A stretch of DNA of 53,400 bases from Bryobacteraceae bacterium (GCA_035316385.1 DATHIZ010000451.1:1-53400), one strand, 5' to 3'; positions 26,663 through 36,084 are shown, numbered from the stretch's first letter. Numbers and translations: made by a program. The notes: generated by a model not told the origin, from the sequence alone.

Positions 26663-27841
26663 TCAAACCCAAGTTTCGCCCAGAATCAGCTTACGGAATA
26701 AGAAGCTCATCATGATTTCGTGGACGGTCGTATTGACGTTGCGCAGCAGGCGGGTTTTCAGTTCCAGATAGGGCTGCGTGCCGGCAAAGAGGTCTTGCAT
26801 GATTTCGCAGAATTTTGGGCTGCGCTTCATGAAGTTGATCATGCGGCTGGGCACGGCTCCAAAGCAGATTGCTCCGCAGAACAGGCGCTTCGCGAGGCCC
26901 GCGCTGTAGGTCAGATCCAGGCCGAAGTCGTGGGTAATCATCTGGCGGTAGGATTCAGCCTTGCGATCGACTGAACTCTCCTGCAGAAGGATTTGGCTGG
27001 CTAGATCACCCGAGCGTATGGCGTAGTACAAACCTTCGCCAGTGATAGGATCCACCAGTCCGCCCGCGTCGCCTACGGCAATCCAACCATCTCCGGCGAG
27101 GCGGTTGTTGCGCCAGCCTCGGGATTCGAGCGCGGGTAGCATGTGACCGTAAAACTTGGCCTCTTTCCGGGAGAAGCCTTTCTCGTCCATGTAGCGTTCG
27201 AGACGGGCGCGCAGGCACTGGGCGGATTCGCTTTTGCCGCAGATACCGATGGAGAGGTGCCCCGCGCGCGGAAAGACCCAGATATAGCCTTCCAAATTGG
27301 GCAGAAACTGAATATCGATGTGAGCTTGATTACTGGGGACCCAATAGCCCAGTGCATACATGGTGTCTTGCGCGGTGTACTGGGTACCGACGTCGCGCAG
27401 AGGATTGCGCGCGCCGGTGGCTATGACACAATAATCGGCATCGATCACGCCGGAACGGGTGCGGATGCGCCAACGCTGTGAACCACGCTCAAGGGCCAGA
27501 ACGCGTTCCTTTTCGATCTGAGCGCCGGCCGCTTCCGCACGCTGCAGCAGCATGCCATTGAGGTCCATGCGCGAATAAATCACCAGCGGACGGGTGAGCT
27601 GCATCTTGAACGCGCCGGATTTGGGGGCCGCGAGCAGGGTGTCGGTGACTAACCTCTTGGGCGAATCATTATTGATCAGATAAGGATATTGGGAGTATGC
27701 CTTATACGTAATGCCCCCGCCGCAGGGCTTTTCCCAGGCGAGCTTTTCGTCGAGAACAATAGTTTTGAGGCCGGCGCGCGCCAGACGCTCGGCGGCTGTC
27801 GCTCCCGCGGGACCGCCTCCAAGAACCGCTACGGTCTTCAT
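26663..27841 (-). CDS. Geranylgeranyl reductase-family FAD-dependent oxidoreductase
   Basis: ORF 26663..27979 trimmed to the ATG at 27841 ([33 protein letters not shown], a GxGxxG FAD fold), followed by EKPCGGGI and [22 protein letters not shown], typical of the ChlP/GGR family. Confidence 0.8.
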   Translation of the reverse strand: MKTVAVLGGGPAGATAAERLARAGLKTIVLDEKLAWEKPCGGGITYKAYSQYPYLINNDSPKRLVTDTLLAAPKSGAFKMQLTRPLVIYSRMDLNGMLLQRAEAAGAQIEKERVLALERGSQRWRIRTRSGVIDADYCVIATGARNPLRDVGTQYTAQDTMYALGYWVPSNQAHIDIQFLPNLEGYIWVFPRAGHLSIGICGKSESAQCLRARLERYMDEKGFSRKEAKFYGHMLPALESRGWRNNRLAGDGWIAVGDAGGLVDPITGEGLYYAIRSGDLASQILLQESSVDRKAESYRQMITHDFGLDLTYSAGLAKRLFCGAICFGAVPSRMINFMKRSPKFCEIMQDLFAGTQPYLELKTRLLRNVNTTVHEIMMSFLFRKLILGETWV

Positions 27842-27869
27842 GCGATGGGAGCCGCCGCTAAAGAATGCG

Positions 27870-28268
27870 TCATTGTTTCTCGCCAGGCGTGGTCCCGGGC
27901 GCAGGGTGTCCGGGAGGAAGCTGCATGCTGCCTCCGGAGGCGGGATTTCCCGAAAGGCCATGCCCTTGGGAATCCGCAACGTTCACTACCACCCATTTGC
28001 CATCGCGAGCTTCCAGTGTATATTTCATGGTCATGCCGCTATTCAGCGCCGGTTCGTTGTTCGGATGAAACGCGACGGTGGCGTAAGCCTTATTTTTGGC
28101 GAAGGACACATCAGTGGTCGTGAGAGTCATGCTATTCAGGTCGAGACCGGAATGGCTGTGAAGACGTTCGACAATAGCTTCCTGCACTTTCTCCTTACTC
28201 TCTAGAGAGTTCCGGCAAGCGGTGAGGGAAACAATTGCAATGAGGCTAACAGATAACAGCCGGGACAC
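27870..28268 (-). CDS. Small lipoprotein, function unknown
   Basis: Lipobox-type signal MSRLLSVSLIAIVSLTAC (GTG start). The mature part is a small mixed alpha/beta domain with a Gly/Pro-rich tail. I recognised no family. Confidence 0.55.
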   Translation of the reverse strand: MSRLLSVSLIAIVSLTACRNSLESKEKVQEAIVERLHSHSGLDLNSMTLTTTDVSFAKNKAYATVAFHPNNEPALNSGMTMKYTLEARDGKWVVVNVADSQGHGLSGNPASGGSMQLPPGHPAPGTTPGEKQ

Positions 28269-28341
28269 CCCCCGATTATAACTAGAGCGAAAGCGGCAGC
28301 GTCCGCGGAGCCCCGGCGCGCAATCATGGGACTATTCCCTT

Positions 28342-29097
28342 ATGGCAGCGGCAAAGGACAAACACACGCCGGGCTCGCTTTTTCAGAGCGATCACAGGTA
28401 CAAATATCTAGACACATTCATCACCTTGTTTGTGGTTATCCTGCTGGTGTCAAATATTATCGCGGCAAAGTTTTTTGCGATTGGGTGGCTGCGCGTCAGC
28501 GCGGCGCAGATCCTGTTTCCGATCACTTATATCTTTGGCGATGTGTTCACCGAAGTGTACGGATATAGCGCTTCGCGGCGCGCGATCTGGTATGGCTTCT
28601 TCGGTTCGTTCATCCTGGCTGTTTTGTGCTACGTGGCCGTGGTTATTCCGCCCGCTCCCGAGTATACGCAAGAGCCGGCATTCGAGACGATTTTCAAACC
28701 GGTAGGAAGAATTGTTGCCGCCAGCTTGCTTGCGTTCTGGTGCGGAGAGTTCGCGAACTCGTTCACCCTGGCTAAAATGAAACTTTTCACGAAAGGCAAG
28801 CACTTGTGGACGCGTACCATCGGGTCAACCATGGTCGGCCAAGCGGTGGATACGTCGGTGGTGATGTTCGCGGCGTTTTATGGAACACGGCCGACTGGCG
28901 TAATTCTGAGTTTGATCGTGTCGGGATATGCCATCAAAGTGGTTTACGAGACTCTGATGACACCCGTCACGTACATGGTTGTGAATTTCTTAAAGCGGGC
29001 CGAAGGCGTGGACTATTTCGACTACGATACGAATTTTAGCCCGTTTGCGACTGAGATAGAGCCGGAGGAAACGAAGGTTGGCCGGAAGCAAGCGTGA
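28342..29097 (+). CDS. yhhQ: Queuosine-precursor transporter, YhhQ/VUT (DUF165) family
   Basis: The motifs LLVSNIIAAKF, FPITYIFGDVFTEVYGY and GQAVDTSVVMF are characteristic of YhhQ-type 6-TM transporters. Confidence 0.82.
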   Translation: MAAAKDKHTPGSLFQSDHRYKYLDTFITLFVVILLVSNIIAAKFFAIGWLRVSAAQILFPITYIFGDVFTEVYGYSASRRAIWYGFFGSFILAVLCYVAVVIPPAPEYTQEPAFETIFKPVGRIVAASLLAFWCGEFANSFTLAKMKLFTKGKHLWTRTIGSTMVGQAVDTSVVMFAAFYGTRPTGVILSLIVSGYAIKVVYETLMTPVTYMVVNFLKRAEGVDYFDYDTNFSPFATEIEPEETKVGRKQA

Positions 29098-30243
29098 TTA
29101 CTGCAAGTCCGCGGGTGGGCGTAGAAGTTTGACGGGAAGCTTCATCACCGCACCGCGGCGGACGATGGTGAGCGTGATCACGTCGCCGACACGCTTTTGA
29201 GCAACCGCACGGACCAGGGCGTCTTCGCGGTCAACGGAACGGTTATCGATCGCTATGATCAAGTCCCCGCCGATTCCCAGTTCAACGTTGCCGATGGCAA
29301 CTACTTGCGTGGCGGCGCGCAGACCGGCGGCCTCTTCCGATGAGCCGTTGACGATCTCCTGCACCAGCAGACCGCCGCGGCGCGGCAGGCGCAGCGCTTC
29401 GGCCAGATCGCCGGCGACGTACTCGGTAGTGATGCCGACCCTGGGGCGCTCCGTAACCCGGCCGGCGCGGTAATCGGCCAGTAGCGCCTTGGCGCGGTTG
29501 ATGGGTAGAGCGAAGCCGATGCCTATGTTGGTTTTGCCCAGGATGGCGGTGTTGATCCCGATGACATTACCGCTGGAATCAAGGAGCGCCCCGCCGCTAT
29601 TTCCGCCATTGATGGCTGCGTCGGTTTGGATCATGCCTTGGATTCGCTGGCCCGTTTCGCCTTCGATGACCCTGCCGATGGAACTGACCACGCCGGTGGT
29701 CAGCGTTCCTTCCAGACCGAATGGATTACCGATCGCGAGAACTTTCTGGCCCACTTGCAAATGATCGGAATCTCCCAGGCGCAGAAATGGCGGTTTCTGC
29801 TTCGGCGCGATTTTGATAAGCGCCAGATCGTCGGAGCGATCGGTGTCGATCGCTTGGCCAACATATTGCGTCTGATCGGGGAGCGTGACCTGAATCTTAC
29901 TGCTGCCGGAAACAACGTGAAAGTTGGTGAGAATCAGACCCTCTTCGTTGATCAGGAACCCGGAGCCCAGGCTCTGAGAGGCTACCGGCTGATAGAAAAA
30001 ATCGCGCCGCACGGCCGTACTGGTGATGTAGACGGTAGCCAGGCGGGCGGCTTTGTAGATATCAATATTGTTTTGTTCATCGGGTGTAAGTCCCGCGCCT
30101 TGCACCGGTCTCGGCTCAGACCACGAAACGCCAGTGCGGAGTAGCGGAGCGGTTAGAGTGCGGACGCTCCAGTTGGCCTTGGAAGTCACCCAGACAAAGC
30201 CGAAGGCGACGGCAAAAGCCCAGAGCAGGGTGCGGGCTCTCAC
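29098..30243 (-). CDS. HtrA/DegP-family S1C serine protease with one PDZ domain
   Basis: Trypsin-like core with His (TNFHVV), Asp (DLALIKI) and Ser (GNSGGALLDSSGNVIGINTA), plus a C-terminal PDZ-like domain (GGLLVQEIVNGSSEEAAGL). N-terminal membrane anchor or signal. Confidence 0.9.
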   Translation of the reverse strand: MRARTLLWAFAVAFGFVWVTSKANWSVRTLTAPLLRTGVSWSEPRPVQGAGLTPDEQNNIDIYKAARLATVYITSTAVRRDFFYQPVASQSLGSGFLINEEGLILTNFHVVSGSSKIQVTLPDQTQYVGQAIDTDRSDDLALIKIAPKQKPPFLRLGDSDHLQVGQKVLAIGNPFGLEGTLTTGVVSSIGRVIEGETGQRIQGMIQTDAAINGGNSGGALLDSSGNVIGINTAILGKTNIGIGFALPINRAKALLADYRAGRVTERPRVGITTEYVAGDLAEALRLPRRGGLLVQEIVNGSSEEAAGLRAATQVVAIGNVELGIGGDLIIAIDNRSVDREDALVRAVAQKRVGDVITLTIVRRGAVMKLPVKLLRPPADLQ

Positions 30244-30857
30244 GACCGGGAAGCCTCCGCCGCCCGGCGTAGGTCGAGAAATACGGCCTCCACCTGCCGG
30301 AGCGTATTCTGCTTCGGACCGTCGGTGTCGATCACATATTGCGCATAGCGCTTCTTTGCGTCCAGCGGCATCTGCTTCTCAATTCTGGCCATCACCTGCT
30401 CACGCGGGAGGTTATCGCGATGCATGGCTCGCGCGACCTGCGTGTCCAGGCTGCAAGCTGTCAGAATCAGCTTGTCGAAGGCGGAATAACGGCCTGTTTC
30501 TATTAGAATAGCCGCCTCGATCACGGCAATGCCCGTGGGTTCACGTGCCGCGAATTCTTTTAACAAGTCCTCTTCCATCTGCAGCACGGCGGGATGCACA
30601 AAACCGGTAAGCTTCTGCAGCAAATCCGGCGAAGCAAACACAGTAGCGGCAAGCTTTTTACGGTCGATGGTGCCATCGGCCGAGAGAATCTCCTGACCAA
30701 AGTAATCGACAGCCGGCCGGTAGGCGGCTCCATCCGGCTGTAGAGCAGCGTGCCCCAGGGCATCGGCATAAATGACAAAACAGCCCAGGCGCTGGAGTTC
30801 GCCGGCCACAAAGGATTTCCCGCTGGCGTAACCGCCGGTCAGGCCAACCTTCAGCAT
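30240..30857 (-). CDS. coaE: Dephospho-CoA kinase
   Basis: P-loop VGLTGGYASGKSFV at the N-terminus, size 205 aa, overall CoaE layout. It overlaps the htrA start by 4 nt and the folD stop by 7 nt. Confidence 0.88.
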   Translation of the reverse strand: MLKVGLTGGYASGKSFVAGELQRLGCFVIYADALGHAALQPDGAAYRPAVDYFGQEILSADGTIDRKKLAATVFASPDLLQKLTGFVHPAVLQMEEDLLKEFAAREPTGIAVIEAAILIETGRYSAFDKLILTACSLDTQVARAMHRDNLPREQVMARIEKQMPLDAKKRYAQYVIDTDGPKQNTLRQVEAVFLDLRRAAEASRS

Positions 30858-31771
30858 CCGAGGTGCTGTTCCGCCAGATGAACCGTGTTCGCCATGAGCA
30901 TGGCAATGGTAAGCGGGCCTACGCCGCCCGGTACCGGCGTATAGGCGGACGAAAGCTCCCGCATGGCAAGGGGATCCACGTCGCCCACCAGCGTGCTCCC
31001 GTTCTTGGCGAAGGCGGCCAGGCGCGCCGGGTCATGCGCAAACAAGCGGGCCACCACTTGTTCGTCAGTTAAACGATTTACACCGACATCGACGACGACC
31101 GCCCCAGGCTTGATGTGCTCGACGCCGATAGCGGCAGGCTTCCCAATGGCAGCCACCAGAATGTCGGCACGGCGGCACTCTTCCGCGAGATTGGGTGTCC
31201 GCGAATGGCAAATAGTGACCGTGGCGTTCTGATGCAGCAGCATCAGCGCAATGGGTTTGCCTACGATGTCGCTGCGGCCGACTACTACGGCATGCTTGCC
31301 GGCGACGGGAATTTGGTAGCGCCGGAGCATTTCCATAATGCCGGCGGGCGTACAGGCGCGCGGCGCGGGCTTATTCAAGACCAGGCGGCCCAGGCTAAAG
31401 GTTCCGAAACCATCCACGTCGCGAGTGGCGTCGACGCAAGCGTTCACCGCTTCCGCGTTGACTTGAGGAGGCAAGGGCATCTGCACCAGAATGCCGTCAA
31501 TGGAGCTATCGGCGGCGAGCGGCCGGATCAATTGAACCAGATCTTCCGTACTGATATCGCGGCTGGGCGTCAATTCGACGTTTCGGATGCCCAGATCCTG
31601 GCAGGCTTTAATCTTGCTGCGGACATAGATTTGCGACGCAGGATCATCCCCCACCAAAACGACCGCTAAAGCCGGTGGACGGTGTTTGGCAGTCAGCGCC
31701 GCTATCCGCGGCCTGAGCTCTTCCTGAATCTCCCGGCTGCTTTTTTTTCCATCAAGAACGACCCCGCTCAT
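30851..31771 (-). CDS. folD: Bifunctional methylenetetrahydrofolate dehydrogenase/methenyl-THF cyclohydrolase
   Basis: ORF 30851..31927 trimmed to the ATG at 31771 (MSGVVLDGKKSSREIQEEL...). FolD motifs PALAVVLVGDDPASQIYVRSK, GILVQMPLP, VVVGRSDIVGKP and TPVPGGVGPLT. Confidence 0.92.
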   Translation of the reverse strand: MSGVVLDGKKSSREIQEELRPRIAALTAKHRPPALAVVLVGDDPASQIYVRSKIKACQDLGIRNVELTPSRDISTEDLVQLIRPLAADSSIDGILVQMPLPPQVNAEAVNACVDATRDVDGFGTFSLGRLVLNKPAPRACTPAGIMEMLRRYQIPVAGKHAVVVGRSDIVGKPIALMLLHQNATVTICHSRTPNLAEECRRADILVAAIGKPAAIGVEHIKPGAVVVDVGVNRLTDEQVVARLFAHDPARLAAFAKNGSTLVGDVDPLAMRELSSAYTPVPGGVGPLTIAMLMANTVHLAEQHLGC

Positions 31772-33020
31772 GCATCCGTGAGGATAACAAAGGACGAACC
31801 CCGGGGCCGCCGCCACTGGGCCGGCCAGTGGAAATACTGGTGGACAGAGGGGCATGGGTATGGCAGCACTGGCCATAGGCGTCGAATACGGCTTCAAACA
31901 CGTTGTCCCAGGACTGCTGCTCCGCATATTGACGGGCGGAGAGGCGCATCCGGGAATGCAGGGTGGAGTTCGTCAGAATGTCGTTCACAAAGGTGATGAA
32001 GTCCCAACTGGAAGAAGCTACGTGACCGGTAACCCCAGATTGCACTAGAAACTTGGGGCCGCCCTGATCCGTGACAACCGCGGGGACACCGGAAGCAAGC
32101 GCTTCGAAAATGACGTTGCCGAACGTGTCGGTGTTCGAAGGAAACACAAACAGATCCATGTTGGCGTAAGCTTCGGCAAGACGCTCGCCGCGCAGAACGC
32201 CGGTGAAGATGGCGTGCGGAACGTTGTGGCGCAGCCAAGTTTCCTCGCTGCCTTCGCCCACGATCATGAACTCAAAGCGCTCCCGGCCAAGAGTGTTGAG
32301 AGTATTGCCGAGTTCGGCCAGAAAACGGACATTCTTTTCTGGCGTAAGCCGTCCAACGTAGCCGATGCGGAAAGCGTCGGTGACGCGGTTGCGCCGGGCG
32401 GGAGAGAACAGTTGAGTATTTACTCCGCGGCGCATCAGAAAGACAGGCCGCTCGGTGAGGGATTTGGTCAGGTCAATCAGTTCCTGATTGGGAGCCATGA
32501 CGACGGCGGCACGGCGGTAGAACGTGCCTAAAACCCGCAGCGCTACCTTTTCGGCCCACGCGCCGATGCGGCGGCTGAGCCTGTTACCCGTAAAGCCGAG
32601 CACGCGTTCGAGGCGGCGGCCGGCATATTCGTGCAGGCTAGTGTGCCAGGAGATAACCAGCGGGAGCTGGAGGCGCCAGGAGACATACAGACCCACCGCC
32701 CCCATGTCGCCCGGACCAGTAATGTGAATCACGTCCGCGCCGAACTTTTTCACCTCGGACATGACTTGCGAGGCGTAGCGCAGCAGGAACGGATCGTAGT
32801 CGAGATTGGCATCGAGCCCGATGCGCAGGAGGCCGCGCTTGAGCTGAAGCATGGTGACAGGCCCCTCGACTACTGTTTCGTTAGTTGGTCCGCAATGGAT
32901 GCTCAGGAAAGGAATTTCGCGGCGGCGCGCGAATGCCTCCAACTGGCGGCTGGTGTGCGCCACCCCGTTCACCTCGTGAAAGGTATCAGGCAGGAAGGCG
33001 ACACGCGGATAGGACGTCAA
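31752..33020 (-). CDS. Glycosyltransferase family 4 (GT-B; UGDG/glycolipid-synthase-like N-terminus)
   Basis: RVAFLPDTFHEVNGVAHTSRQL is the typical N-terminus of the GT4 subgroup. The C-terminal domain has FVFPSNTDTFGNVIFEALASGVPAVV (the EX7E region). The start is proposed at the in-frame TTG 33020, which forms a TTGA overlap with the upstream stop. The ORF track starts at 33059. Confidence 0.8.
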   Translation of the reverse strand: MTSYPRVAFLPDTFHEVNGVAHTSRQLEAFARRREIPFLSIHCGPTNETVVEGPVTMLQLKRGLLRIGLDANLDYDPFLLRYASQVMSEVKKFGADVIHITGPGDMGAVGLYVSWRLQLPLVISWHTSLHEYAGRRLERVLGFTGNRLSRRIGAWAEKVALRVLGTFYRRAAVVMAPNQELIDLTKSLTERPVFLMRRGVNTQLFSPARRNRVTDAFRIGYVGRLTPEKNVRFLAELGNTLNTLGRERFEFMIVGEGSEETWLRHNVPHAIFTGVLRGERLAEAYANMDLFVFPSNTDTFGNVIFEALASGVPAVVTDQGGPKFLVQSGVTGHVASSSWDFITFVNDILTNSTLHSRMRLSARQYAEQQSWDNVFEAVFDAYGQCCHTHAPLSTSISTGRPSGGGPGVRPLLSSRMHERGRS

Positions 33021-34201
33021 ATAGCCGCCTCGCCGTCGGACCAAACCGGGTTGGACCATGCCCGGTCAGACCGGTCATGCAGCGCCACGCGCAGCGCCGA
33101 GCGGACGCCGCGCCATTCGAAAAAGCGCATGGCGCCGACAAATTGTTTAACGATCATGGGGCCGCCGTCCTTCCAGATAGAAGCGAGCGGAACAGCGATT
33201 TCGGTTTCGGGATTACGGTAGAAGACGCGATCGGCCCAAGTCTGGCGGCCAACGAAGTTTTCCGGATAGTCGCGCACCACGTCGATCATGGTTTGCAGAA
33301 TCCGCAGCCGGAGTGGTTCGTGATATTGCGGCATGAACACCACGTGGCTAAAGCGTTCATGGCGGACTTCCTGCGCCAGCTCGGCGAAGTTCATCGCCCG
33401 GGACAGGCTCAGAATGGCATTGGGTTCGCGCCCGTGACGGTCGCCGCCGGAGACCAGAGGCAGGCCCGTCTTGCGTCCCAGGGCAATCACTTGGTGGTTT
33501 TCATTCCAGCCGCGCAGCCCATTCAGTTCGAGCGCATGAAACCAATGCCCGTGAAGTTCGAGCAGCCCGGCAAGGAATTGCGCGTGCGGCGCCGCGCCGA
33601 TCCCTTTTTCATCCCATAGCGGATGATTTAGGACTAGCAAAACGCCCGGATGCGCGTTCAGCATTTCCAGGAGGCCGCCCAGTTTTTCTTCGAGCGGTTC
33701 CGCCGTGAAACGGGCCAGGTCGTCCACGATGCTACCGGCCAGGGAGGAAGGCAGATTGTGTACGCCCAAATGAAAAAACGTCTCGCCGAATGGAATAGTC
33801 CACTCCGTTGAGATGGGGGATTTGGCGAAGCGGTCCAGGACATGGAGCTGACTTCCCGCGCGTATATCGTCATGGTCGGTCAGCGAGACAAGCGCGGGTA
33901 ATTGCAGCTTTCGCTGAATCTGTTTCTCCTCCACGCGGAAGGCCTGGCGCGGCGCCAGCGGAGGAGTCCAGAAAGCATGTCCGAAATCGAAGGATTGCTT
34001 CGTTTTTTGGTGGTATTCTGCTTCCTGGCGGCGAATGGCCCGGCCAAGATAGGGAACATGGGCGGTATAGCGCGGCACCATGTCGAGGCTTTCCTCCGAA
34101 TACATGGTGTGGCTGTGAAGAGAAACACCGGTGCGGAAACTTGGGGAAACCGACCGGTCATCCCGGAAGAATTGAAAAGTCGTTCTCGCTGTAACGGGCA
34201 T
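33017..34201 (-). CDS. PHP-superfamily-like metal-dependent phosphoesterase (hypothetical)
   Basis: The order of metal-ligand-like motifs is typical of PHP domains: VSLHSHTMYS (HxH), LVSLTDHDD, FHLGVHN, LNHP, ELNG, SGGDRHG. It is longer (394 aa) than simple PHP phosphatases, and the C-terminal ~120 aa are unassigned. Confidence 0.55.
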   Translation of the reverse strand: MPVTARTTFQFFRDDRSVSPSFRTGVSLHSHTMYSEESLDMVPRYTAHVPYLGRAIRRQEAEYHQKTKQSFDFGHAFWTPPLAPRQAFRVEEKQIQRKLQLPALVSLTDHDDIRAGSQLHVLDRFAKSPISTEWTIPFGETFFHLGVHNLPSSLAGSIVDDLARFTAEPLEEKLGGLLEMLNAHPGVLLVLNHPLWDEKGIGAAPHAQFLAGLLELHGHWFHALELNGLRGWNENHQVIALGRKTGLPLVSGGDRHGREPNAILSLSRAMNFAELAQEVRHERFSHVVFMPQYHEPLRLRILQTMIDVVRDYPENFVGRQTWADRVFYRNPETEIAVPLASIWKDGGPMIVKQFVGAMRFFEWRGVRSALRVALHDRSDRAWSNPVWSDGEAAI

Positions 34202-34399
34202 CCGATTTCAATGTCCGCGATAAGTATTGCGGGCGCATTTGCCGGACGTGAATAAAACGTGAAAACTAGCCTGAATCCAATATCCGCCTGCACGCGTTGT
34301 TACAGATATATTTCAAGTGGCTTGAGCTGCCACAATTAAAGTTTCCGATGCCTGTTTCGCTGGTATAGTAATACTACCTGGTAAGGATTGGACGTTGCG

Positions 34400-34420
34400 T
34401 CGCGTCTATCTCGCGTCTAT
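34400..34420. repeat. Tandem direct repeat TCGCGTCTAT-c-TCGCGTCTAT (11-bp period) upstream of the PAS kinase gene
   Basis: Read directly in the divergent intergenic region between 34201 and 34462. Two exact 10-mers lie one helical turn apart. A TAGTA-A-TACTA palindrome lies about 40 nt upstream. Confidence 0.4.
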
Positions 34421-34461
34421 GAGGAGATTTCTACTAGCCCCATGTCCCTGAGCACGTCTGA

Positions 34462-36084
34462 ATGAGCAAGCCAGCTGGAATGTTGACCGGCGAGAATTCA
34501 ACTGACGCCGCCGGGCACGCCATGCCGCTGGAAAAGCTCTACCATCGAATCGCCGAGCTGGAAAGCGTCTGCCAGGAGCGTGAAACGCGGCTGGCCGCTT
34601 ACGAAAGTCTCTTTTTCGATAACCCCGCGCCCACTTTGGTGTATGCGGCGAATTCGTTCCAAATCCTTCAGGCAAATCACAGCGCCTTGGACCTCTATGG
34701 CTACGACCAGGAAGAGATTCAGAAACTCACCCTGCTCGACCTGTTTGCGGTCGAGGAATTACAGGAAAGCTCCGCTTTGACCGCGGAATTAAGGAAACCT
34801 TCGAACACCATCGGCCCGGTGATTCACCGCGCGGCGGCGGAGCGGGAGCTGGTGGTGAGTATGATTTCCTGCAGCTTCGCCATGGGCGGCGTCGATGCGC
34901 GCGTGATAGTGATCCAAAATGAGACCGCGCGCCATGCCGCGGACGAAGCGTTGCGGACCAACGAAGACAGGTTTCAGCTCTTCGAAAATGCCAACGACGT
35001 CATTTTCCTGCACGATTTGCAAGGCCGGATTATCGAAATCAACCGCGCCGCCGAATACTTGACCGGATATGCCCGCACTGAAGTGCAGGGGAGATATTTT
35101 GAGGACCTGGTTGCGCCGGACGCCCGGCATTTAATACGGGACAGCATTCGCGCACACTTGGGCGGCAGCGCGGCGCAGCATTTCGAATTGGCTATTCTTT
35201 CCAAGGCCGTGACGCTGCGCTTTTTGGAAGTAAGCACTCGTATCGTTTACCGGCGCGGCCATCCGTTTGCCATTCAGGGAATCGGCCGGGATATTACGGA
35301 GCGTAAACAGGCCCAGCAGCGGCTCCAGGAATTCGCGCAAGAACTACAGGCGAAAAATGAAGAGCTGAGCACCGCGCTCCGCCTGGCGCGCGAGGCCACG
35401 CAGCTGAAAGAGCAGTTTCTGGCCAACACTTCGCACGAGCTGCGTACCCCCATGAACGGAATCATGGGTATGGTTGACCTGCTGAGAGACACGCCGCTGA
35501 CGGGCGACCAGAGCGAGTACGCTGACGCAGTGAGCCAGTGCGCCAACGATTTGTTGACAATCATCAACGATTTGCTTGATTTGTCGCAAATCGACGCGGG
35601 ACGCCTATCGCTAACGCGCGAGCAGTTCGACATGCGGGAAAGCTTGCGGGCCGTATTGAAGCTGCTGCGGCTCAGGGCGGACGCTAAACAACTGACGTTA
35701 AGCTGCGAGATCGATCCCGAATTGCCTCCGGCGATCCATGGGGACAGCGTGCGCTTCCGCCAGATATTGACGAACCTGATTGCCAACGCGCTCAAGTTCA
35801 CCTCAACAGGCGGAGTGCACGTACGGCTGACGAAAAGTCCTTCCCGGGCGGCCGTGCGCTGCGAGGTGATTGACTCGGGTATTGGCGTGGAAGAAGGCGT
35901 GCAGAAACGGATTTTCGAGGCATTCTTCCAGGCAGATGGAACAACCAAGCGGCGTTTCGGCGGAACTGGCCTGGGACTCACCATTTGTAAGCAACTGGTG
36001 GAGATCATGGATGGAGAGATCGGAACGTTTAATAACGTGCCGGCGGACGGTTCCACGTTCTGGTTCGAATTGCCGCTCGAGTGA
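34462..36084 (+). CDS. Cytoplasmic PAS-PAS sensor histidine kinase (no receiver domain, no adjacent regulator)
   Basis: Two PAS-like modules (..LVYAANSFQILQANHSALDLYGY.., ..DVIFLHDLQGRIIEINRAAEYLTGY..). H-box SHELRTPMNGIMGM, N-box LTNLIANALKF, G-boxes DSGIGV and GGTGLGLTICKQLVEIMDG. No TM segments. Confidence 0.9.
   Translation: MSKPAGMLTGENSTDAAGHAMPLEKLYHRIAELESVCQERETRLAAYESLFFDNPAPTLVYAANSFQILQANHSALDLYGYDQEEIQKLTLLDLFAVEELQESSALTAELRKPSNTIGPVIHRAAAERELVVSMISCSFAMGGVDARVIVIQNETARHAADEALRTNEDRFQLFENANDVIFLHDLQGRIIEINRAAEYLTGYARTEVQGRYFEDLVAPDARHLIRDSIRAHLGGSAAQHFELAILSKAVTLRFLEVSTRIVYRRGHPFAIQGIGRDITERKQAQQRLQEFAQELQAKNEELSTALRLAREATQLKEQFLANTSHELRTPMNGIMGMVDLLRDTPLTGDQSEYADAVSQCANDLLTIINDLLDLSQIDAGRLSLTREQFDMRESLRAVLKLLRLRADAKQLTLSCEIDPELPPAIHGDSVRFRQILTNLIANALKFTSTGGVHVRLTKSPSRAAVRCEVIDSGIGVEEGVQKRIFEAFFQADGTTKRRFGGTGLGLTICKQLVEIMDGEIGTFNNVPADGSTFWFELPLE

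Noticed and set aside
26663-27979. N-terminal extensions given by the ORF track for several genes: 26663..27979, 30851..31927, 224..841 and 48098..49420.
   Set aside because: The extensions are Pro/Arg/Ala-rich, overlap upstream genes or promoters, and precede internal ATGs. Family-typical N-termini begin right after those ATGs (GxGxxG fold, FolD MSGVVLDGK, AsnC HTH, signal peptide). The shorter starts were therefore used.
28261-28287. PreQ1-I riboswitch-like string upstream of the yhhQ queuosine-precursor transporter. CGGGACACCCCCCG could form a P1 hairpin, followed by AUUAUAACUAGAG, which resembles the A-rich ...AAAAAACUA tail.
   Set aside because: The loop lacks the nucleotides needed to pair with the CUA tail (no pseudoknot P2). 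The A-rich tract is short and interrupted. The hairpin also overlaps the start codon of the divergent lipoprotein gene. An Rfam/Infernal scan (RF00522) would be needed to revive this idea.
31741-31748. A8/T8 homopolymer in codons 8-10 of folD (GKKSS), considered as a slipped-strand phase-variation tract.
   Set aside because: folD is a housekeeping gene and the tract simply encodes Lys-Lys. Eight bases is at the low end for phase variation, and nothing else suggests contingency behaviour.
36062-36070. GGTTCGAAT, a T-loop-like string that could flag a tRNA.
   Set aside because: It lies inside the histidine kinase coding sequence (…TFWFELPLE), and no acceptor or anticodon stems can be drawn around it.
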